The notes under the pieces: generated by a model | What the model saw: the letters and a program-made list of their open reading frames with translations, nothing else | The model's database searches: none | Told to the model about the DNA's origin: nothing | Shown here: positions 54,881-64,000 of the stretch, in pieces | Position numbering within the stretch: the stretch's first letter is position 1 | Layout of the letters: each line of letters starts with the position of its first letter | Source of the DNA: Eledone cirrhosa | Taxonomy: Eukaryota | Reading direction: 5' to 3' | Assembly (NCBI GenBank): GCA_964016885.1 | Contig: OZ024752.1 | Coordinates: 22,258,001-22,322,000 of the forward strand | DNA: 64,000 nucleotides | Translations under genes and position numbers: made by a program

Positions 54881-55132
54881 AAGTTTTCTCATTACTAACT
54901 TAATGTATCGGCTACGTCGAATACACAGGGTTTGTTGACATTTATTTATTTGCTCTTTTTTTAACAAATACATAAACAGATTTATTAAAATATTCAGTCA
55001 CTTTTATTTATGGAATATATCTTGTGAATAAAATAGAAAGGAAACAAAAGAAAAAAAAAGGAAAATATGGAAGAAAAAAAGAGAAAAAGAAAGAAAAAAA
55101 CGGGTAGGAAGTGGACTCCACATTGTGACAGA

Positions 55133-57700
55133 TCATATACCATACCATACCACACCATACGATATCATACCACACCATACCATACTATACCGCACCATAC
55201 CAGACCATACTATACCACACCATACCATAGCATACCATATCATACCACACTATACTATACCATACTATACCATACTATACCATATTATACCATACTATAC
55301 CACACCATACCATACCATATCATACCATACCACACCATACCATACCATATCATACCACACCATACCACACCATACCATACCGCACCATACCAGACCATAC
55401 TATACCACACCATACCATAGCATAACATATCATATCAATCCATACCACTCCACACCATACCATACCACACTATACCATACCACACCATACTATACCATAC
55501 TATACCACACCATACCATACCATATCATACCACACCACACCATACCACACTATACCAAACCACATTATAACATACCACACCATACCATACCACACTATAC
55601 CATACCACACTATACTATACCATACCATACCATACCAAACTATACCATACCACACCATACCATATCATACCACACCATACTATACCGCACCATACCACAC
55701 CACACCATACGACACCATAACATACCATAACATACCATATCATACCACACCATGCCATACCATACCATACCACACTATACAATACCACACCATACCACAC
55801 TATACCATACCATACCCCACCATACCACACCATACCCTAACATATCACACTATACAATACCACACCATACCATACCCCACCATACCCTACCATATCACAT
55901 CATACCCTACCATATCACACTATACAATAACACACCATACCACACTATACCATACCATACCACACCATACCCTACCATACCACACCATACCACACCATAT
56001 CACACTATAACATACCACACCATACCACACCATACCCTACCACATCAAACCACACCACACCATACCACCACACGATACCACAGCACACCACACTACACCA
56101 CACCATACCACACCATACCACACCACACCATACCACACTACACCACACCACACCATACATTACCACCACACCATACCACACTACACCACACCATACCACA
56201 ACACCATACTATACTACCATATACCACACCACACCATACCACACCACACCATTCCATACCATACTATACCATACCACACCATAATATACCATACCACAGC
56301 ATACTATACCATACCACACCATACTATCCATACTATACTATACCATACCACAAGATACCACACCACACTATACCATACCACACCATACCACACCATATCA
56401 CACCATACCATACCTTACCATACCATACCACACCGTACCACACCATACCACACCATATCACACCATACCATACCTTACCATACCATACCACACCGTACCA
56501 CACCACACCACCTCATACCACACCATACTATACCAAACCTTACCACACCACACCATCCCATACCACACCATACTATACCAAATCATACCATACCATACTA
56601 TACCATACTATACCACACCATTCCATTCCACACCATACTATACCATACCATACAACACCTTACTATACCATACCACAATACTATACCATTCCACACCACA
56701 CCATGCCATACCAAACCATACCATACCACGACATACCATATCACACTACACTATAACATACCACACCATACCTTACCACAATATACCGTACACTACCACA
56801 TCGTACCAATACATTACCATACCACACAATACTACACTACACCACCCCATATGACACCATATAAACCATACCACACCATACTACACCATACCATACCACT
56901 CCATACCATTACACACCATACCTCACCATACCACACCATATTATACCATACCTCACCATACCATACCCCACCATACCTCACTACACCACCCCATACCACA
57001 CAATATAAACCATACCACACCATACTACACCATACCATACCACACCATACCATATCACACCATACCTCACCATACCATACCACACCATACCACACTACAC
57101 CACCCCATACCACACCATATAAACCATACCACACCACACCATACCACACCATACCATACCACACCATACTACACCATACCATACCACACCATACCATACC
57201 ATATCATACCATACCATACCACACCATACCATACCATATCACACCATACCACACCATACCATATCACACCATACCATACCACACCATACCACACTACAGC
57301 ACCCCATACCACACCATATAAACCATACCACACCATACCATACCATATCACACCATACCTCACCATACCATACCACACCATACCACACTACACCACCCCA
57401 TACCACACCATATAAACCATACCACACCATACCATACCATACCACACCATACCTCACCATACCACACCACACCATTCCACACCATACCATACCATATCAC
57501 TCCATACCATACCACACCATACCACACCACACCACACCATACCATACCACACCATACCATACCATACCATATCACACCATACCATACCATACCACACCAT
57601 ATACCATACCACACCATACCATACCATACCATACCACACCATACCATACCATACCACACCATACCATACCATACCATACCATACCATACCATACCTTACC
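55133..57700. repeat. Degenerate pentanucleotide satellite (CATAC/CACAC)n
   Basis: Continuous CATAC/CACAC/TATAC units over about 2.6 kb. Confidence 0.97.
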
Positions 57701-57835
57701 TTACTTAATCTCATACTTGACCTCTGAATATCTCTGTAGATATTCCTAAATTTTCTCCTAATTCCATATTTGAATTCTTACCGTATGATCTGGTTTAAAC
57801 AATAATTAGGTCATCATTAAAAAGTGTTTAATTAA

Positions 57836-58454
57836 TCTATACCAGCAGAATGGCCCGGCGTTGCTCGGGATTTGCTCTAGAGTTCTCATATATTTGATAT
57901 ATATTTATCCGTATCGAGCCTCGTGAAATAAATACTTTTGTTTATATTTTGTTATTGTATATGCAAAAATATCTGTACACGAATATATAATTATATATAT
58001 ATATATATTAAAATAACAGATTAAAGTTTAAGCAAAGAATCGCTGCTTTCACCCTTAACAGATCTTCTGAAACTAAAATAAAAAATCAATCTGTGAATGC
58101 AGAAGTACATATTTCGAAAAACGTTACACACTACGTCAATACTCATCTTTTTCCATTTATCTGAGGGTTCTAAACCCCATTATCAGACTAAAATTTCTTT
58201 AGTCAAAAATACGGTGGAAGCTATTCTATTTTCTAATTTCAAACCTGCTCACTTTCAAAACATACTTACTTGTCATATATATATAACAAAGGAATTGTGG
58301 TAAGGAACCAGATGGAGACCATAACGCACCAGAGTACTCAATACTTAGGGTAGTAGAGTGGGAAATAGGAAAAAGTATGACCCCCGACGGCAGAGTCAGT
58401 CCAGAAATAGCCGTCTCTGACAACTTGAGCTCTGCCGTCGGGGTCATACTTTTT

Positions 58455-58499
<45 letters not shown>

Positions 58500-59286
58500 G
58501 CACACACACTATATATACACACACACACACCACGTCATAATGTCGTAATGCAGACAGCCAGACATACAGGCAGATATTATAAGGGCGCAACGTTATATCT
58601 ATGTATCTATCTAAAAAGAGAAAGACTAAGAGTTATAGAGAGAGATCGAGTTCTCGAGTTTTAGTGATCGGACAGACAGACAGACATTCTCTATTTTAGA
58701 TATATAGATATATAGATATCTAAAACTCGAGAACCACCCAACCGATTGTTTTCAAACTTTACAAATGTAATACTTATGGCCCTGTGAGTGTTTTGAGAAA
58801 AGAAAATTTCAAATTTTCAATGCCTTAGGGGCCACATTAAGCGATTTAGCGATCTCTCTCTATAATTCTTAGTTTTTCTTTTTTTAGATAGATACATAGA
58901 TATAACGTTGCACCCTTATAATATCTGTCTGTATGTCTGGCTGTCTGCATTATGACATTATGACGCTGTGTGTGTGTGTGTATATATGTATATATAGTGT
59001 GTGTATATATATAGTGTGTAACGTTTTTCGAAATATGTACTTCTGCGTCCACAGATTGATTTTTTTTATTTTAGTTTCAGAAGATCCCGTTAGGGTGAAA
59101 GCTGCGATTCTTTGCTTAAACTTTAATCTGTTATTTTAATATATATATATATAATTATATATTCGTGTACAGATATTTTTGCATACACAATAACAAAATA
59201 TAAACAAACGTATTTATTTCACGAGGCTCGATAAGGATAAATATATATTAAATATATGAGAACCCTAGAGCAAATCCCGAGCAACA
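57836..59286. mobile_element. Helentron/HINE-like composite with ~430-bp inverted arms
   Basis: 57862-58132 plus 58500-58648 mirror 58850-59286. Terminal motifs CCCGGCGTTGCTCGGG and (GACA)n-TTCTCTATTTTAGATATATAGAT. An inserted hairpin lies at 58365-58458. The class assignment is tentative. Confidence 0.6.
59051..59131 (+). ncRNA. Hammerhead-like fold with non-canonical CAGAAGA core (mirror 58016-58094, minus)
   Basis: AGTTT-CAGAAGA-TCCC-GTTA-GGGT-GAAA-GC...GC-TT-AAACT, with distal pairing ACAGATT/AATCTGT. Confidence 0.5.
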
Positions 59287-59333
59287 GATAAAATGATGAA
59301 ATTAATTCTTATAATATTATTTACTCATTACAG

Positions 59334-62111
59334 GATGATACAGTGTGTGCCTTGTGTTCAAAGAAGACAGATGTCCAACCAGATGAAACTAAGATAGATC
59401 TGATGTGTAAGGAGGAAGACCAAATTGAAACATGTCATAACGAAGAACACCTAACTGAGAGAGGTTATAAAGATGAACACCAAATTATGATATATAATGA
59501 AGAAGTACACCAGGCTGAGAAAGGTCATAAAGATGGATACCAAATTCTCATATGTCATGAAGACATACAACAAACTCAGAAAGGTCATAAAGATGAACTA
59601 ATAACTGTGGTATGTCATAAAGGTGTATACCAAACTAAGACAGATCATCAACTGGAACTAAAAATTGAAACAGGTCATAAAGAAGAACTCCACACTGTGA
59701 CAGGTCATAAAGAGAAGCTCAACACTGAAACAGGTCATAAAGAAGAACTCCAAACTGAGGCAGGTCGTAAAGTAGAAATCCAGACTGAGACAGGTCACAA
59801 AAAGGAACTTCAAACTCTAGTATGTGATAAAGAGGAACTCCAAACAGTGACAGGTCATAAAGAGAAACTCCAAACTGAGATGGGTTATAAACAGGGACTC
59901 CTTACTGAGATGGGTCATAAACAGGAACTCTTTACTAAGATGGGTCATAAACAGGAATTCCTTACTAAGATGGGTCATAAACAGGAACTCCTTACTGAGA
60001 CAGGTCATAAAGAGGAACCCCATGAGAGAGGTCATAAAGAGGGACTCCAAACTGAGACAGGTCATAAAAAGGATCCCCCCACTGTGACAGGTCATAAACA
60101 GGATCTCCAAACTGAGACAGGTCATAAAGAACTCCAAATTGAGGCAGGTCATAAAGAAGAACTCCAAACTGAGACAGGTCATAAAGAGGAACTCCAAATT
60201 GAGACAGGTCATAAAGAGGAACTCCACATTGTGACAGATCATAAAGATGAACTCCTTACTAGGATGGGTCATAAAGAGAAACTCCACACTGTGACATGTC
60301 ATAAAGAAGAACTCCACATTGAGATGGGTCATAAACAGGAACTCCACATTGGGATGGGTCATAAAGAGGAACTCCTTACTGAGATGGGTCATAAACAGGA
60401 ACTCCTTACTGAGACAGGTCATAAAGAGGAACCCCATGAGACAGGTCATAAAGAGGAACCCCATGAGACAGGTCATAAAGAGGGACTCCAAACTGAGACA
60501 GGTCATAAAAAGGATCTCCCCACTGTGACAGGTCATACACAGGATCTCCAAACTGAGACAGGTCATAAAGGACTCCAAATTGAGGCAGGTCATAAAGAAC
60601 TCCAAACTGAGACACGTCATAAAGAGGAACTCCAAATTGAGACAGGTCATAAAGAGAAACTCCACATTGTGACAGATCATAAAGAGGAACTCCTTACTAG
60701 GATGGGTCATAAAGAGAAACTCCACACTGCGACATGTCATAAAGAAGAACTCCACATTGAGATGGGTCATAAACAGGAACTCCACATTGGGATGGGTCAT
60801 AAAGAGGAACTCCTTACTGAGATGGGTCATAAAGAGGAACTCCTTCCTGAGGCAGGTCATAAAGAGGAACCTCATGAGACAGGTCATAAAGAGGGACTCC
60901 AAACTGAGACAGGTCATAAAAAGGATCTCCCCACTGTGACAGGCCATACACAGGATCTCCAAACTGAGACAGGTCATAAAGAACTCCAAATTGAGGCAGG
61001 TCATAAAGAACTCCAAACTGAGACAGGTCATAAAGAGGAACTCCAAACTGAGACAGGTCATAAAGAGGAACTCCAAATTGAGACAGGTCATAAAGAGGAA
61101 CTCCACATTGTGACAGATCATAAAGAGGGACTCCAAACTGAGACAGGTCATAAAAAGGATCTCCCCACTGTGACAGGTCAAGCACAGGATCTCCAAACTG
61201 AGACAGGTCATAAAGAACTCCAAATTGAGGCAGGTCATAAAGAAGAACTCCAAACTGAGACAGGTCATAAAGAGGAACTCCAAACTGAGACATGTCATAA
61301 AGAGGAACTCCACATTGTGACAGATCATAAAGAGGAACTCCTTACTAGGATGGGTCATAAAGAGAAACTACACACTGTGACATGTCATAAAGAAGAACTC
61401 CACATTGAGATGGGTCATAAACAGGAACTCCACATTGGGATGGGTCATAAAGAGGAACTCCTTACTGAGACAGGTCATAAAGAGGGACTCCAAACTGAGA
61501 CAGGTCATAAAAAGGATCTCCCCACTGTGACAGGTCATAAACAGGATCTCCAAACTGAGACAGGTCATAAAGAAGAACTCCAAATTGAGGCAGGTCATAA
61601 AGAAGAACTCCAAACTGAGACAGGTCATAAAGAGGAACTCCACACTGTGACAGGTCATAAACAGGATCTCCAAACTGAGACAGGTCATAAAGAAGAACTC
61701 CAAATTGAGGCAGGTCATAAAGAAGAACTCCAAACTGAGACAGGTCATAAAGAGGAACTCCACACTGAGACCTGTCATAAAGAGGAACTCATTACTGAGA
61801 CAGGTCATAAAGAGGGACTCCAAACTGAGACAGGTCATAAAAAGGAACTCTACACTGAGTCAGGTCATAAAGAGGAACTCTACACTGAGACAGGTCATAA
61901 AGAAGAACTCCTTACTGAGACAGGTCATAAAGAGGGACTCCAAACTGAGACAGGTCATAAAAAGGAGCTCTACACTGAGGCAGGTCATAAAGAGGGACTC
62001 TACACTGAGACAGGTCATAAAGAGGAACTCTACACTGAGACAGGTCATAAAGAGGAACTCCAAACTGAGACAGGTCATAAAGAGGAACTCTGGAATAATT
62101 CAGTCATCCAG
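59334..62111 (+). CDS. 2,778-bp internal exon encoding a His/Glu-rich decapeptide-repeat protein (GHKEELQTET)n
   Basis: Acceptor TTTACTCATTACAG| at 59333 and donor CAG|GTAAGA at 62111; both phase 0. 926 codons with no stop; indels among the 30-bp units are multiples of 3. Confidence 0.75.
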
Positions 62112-62330
62112 GTAAGACACTTATGTTTAATAAGAAATATCTGAAAACTTTGCTGAGCCTCATTAATGAAAGATATATTCACTTTTCTAAAAAATAATTC
62201 ATAGACAAAACGCCAGCACCAACAGTTTTGCAAGAGATGTCAACATGAATGGACCTGTTATTTTTATCTAAAGACATTTTTTCCAATTCCAACCCGCCCG
62301 TCCCCTCAATCTATCTTATTTCTCATTCTT

Positions 62331-62366
62331 TCTTCTGATGAAGGACTAGCGTCCAAAACGTTAAGA
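62331..62366 (+). ncRNA. Degenerate PLE-type hammerhead (GAAAC mutated to AAAAC)
   Basis: TCTT-CTGATGA-A-GGAC-TAGC-GTCC-AAAAC-GTT-AAGA. Confidence 0.5.
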
Positions 62367-63159
62367 CCCTCTTCCTGCTATATCAAGCGTTAATCTAATA
62401 TATCCCTTCCATATACTGTACTGATTGTGTTGTTATTTCTGTTTACCTTTTACTTATATATCTATATCTATATATATCATCATCATCATCATTTCATTTT
62501 ACGTCCGCTTTTCCCTGCTCCCCCCCCCCCCCCTACATCATACTGGTTCGAGGCCAACCCCCCCCCCCCCCCTCTCTCTCCATATATAAGATAAATACTG
62601 CAAGTACGAAAAATCAGAACAGCCAATTCCTATTCCGGATGGCTGCTTTCATGGCATAATGTAACATACAAATATTTCTTCATTCTTCTCACCATTTTAA
62701 TTCCTTAGTCCATTCGTCATTCTCTATCATTTTCCCCCGAATCCAATCTTTGCCTTTCTACTCGATACTCTGTCGTATTTCCAAAACAAATCTTGTATTT
62801 TTGTTTCATGCTTGTTAAATTATGCCCAAAATACGGGGATCTTATTTAAACCTTACCTTCTCGCTAACTACCCAATATCCCTCCCACCCGCCCCCACGCA
62901 CCACCATTATTACGTGGACCAATCATAAGTCAGAGGCCTATACTATCACTTACCTGGTTGCCTTTCGATATGATGGATGGACTATGGAATTCTGGAGAGT
63001 TGAAAAGAAAAAACTGGACGCTCAGTGACAATGCCAAAGATAAAGACAAATTCACCTCGTGGACGAGAATGCAAGCACTCCTCTTTGTTTCATCTGCGGA
63101 TGGCTAACATACCCCCCCCCCCCCGCGCCCCACCGCTCCCACCCTCCAAACGCAATCCA

Positions 63160-64000
63160 AAACTTCAGAGTTGGTACCATGAATGTAGGCACCACGAGGT
63201 TGTAGAAATGCTTGAACATAAGGAGGTCGATGTTTGTTGTATTCAATAGACCAGGTGGAGGGGTGGGTCTGCTAGATTCATCGTGGGTAAAGAACGATGC
63301 TATAAGCTTTTCTGGGTGGGAAATGACAATGGGCTGGGTGGAGTAGGATCATGGTAGCAGAAAAGTGGGCAGATAAGATAATAGATGTAAATAGAGTGAA
63401 CGACAGAATAATTAAAATAAGACTTGTCCTCAATAGAACTACGGTGACAGTAATATCTGCATACGCACCCCAATCCGGACTGCCCGGCACTATAAAAGAC
63501 AGATTCTATGAGACACTGATGCTCACTACCTCCCAAATAACCGACAGTGACTATATAATTATTGCAGGTGACCTAAATGGTCACGTTGGACAACGTTGTG
63601 ACGGCTATGACAGAATCCATGGAGGCTATGGGTTTGGTACTAGAAATGAGGAAGGCTCCAGAATGCTGGAATTCTGTGACGCAAATAACCTAACTATCTG
63701 TAACACTAACTTCAAAAAATGAGACAATCACTTGATCACCTATAGATTGGGGTAACACACAAGCCAGGTAGATTATATCCTTACCAGGAGACGTGACAGA
63801 GTGTCTGTTGTAAACACTAAATCCCTCCCCCATGAAGAATGCACGTCTCAACATAGCCTCATAATTAGCGACCTCATAGTCAGGACGAGACGTATTCGAC
63901 AACAGAAGAGGACTATCCTCAGGAGAAAAATATGGAAATTAAAGGACCCCACAACCAGTCATAAATTTAAAAGCATATTACTTGATGCTTTTGATAGTAA
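63160..64000 (+). mobile_element. RTE LINE AP-endonuclease region, degenerate, runs off window
   Basis: RVGTMNVG, VDVCCIQ*TRW, VISAYAPQSG, IIAGDLNGHVG and ICNTNFKK, with stops and frameshifts. Confidence 0.88.

Noticed and set aside
55067-57714. HTIPY / MVWYG repeat proteins
   Set aside because: They are stop-free frames of a pentanucleotide satellite; frames shift repeatedly and I see no splice signals.
59817-62115. Antisense and alternative-frame ORFs in the 30-bp repeat
   Set aside because: Shadow frames; only the 59334-62111 frame is continuous and bounded by splice sites.

Overview
AT-rich eukaryotic (metazoan) DNA. The (TA)n tracts and the SINE/RTE/Penelope content resemble a cephalopod (octopus) genome, which is an inference. 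Most of the window is repeats: Dong/R4, Tx1/L1 and RTE LINE fragments, tRNA-derived SINEs, a Buster/Charlie hAT transposon with an 8-bp TSD, and Helentron-like pieces. It also holds a 6.1-kb inverted Penelope-like element (PLE), a 22-kb 91/58-bp satellite with higher-order structure and a 2.6-kb (CATAC)n tract. There are two main signals. (1) About 16 hammerhead-ribozyme (HHR) motifs from several unrelated repeat families, found by eye. These include a non-coding ~485-bp tandem retrozyme-like repeat with a long stem-II insertion and a variant with a CAGAAGA core. (2) A probable host gene on the + strand. A short signal-anchor exon (15676-15750) is phase-compatible with a 2,778-bp exon (59334-62111) encoding roughly 85-90 His/Glu-rich decapeptide repeats, so most of the repeats in between may sit in one ~43.6-kb intron. 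No databases or folding tools were run.
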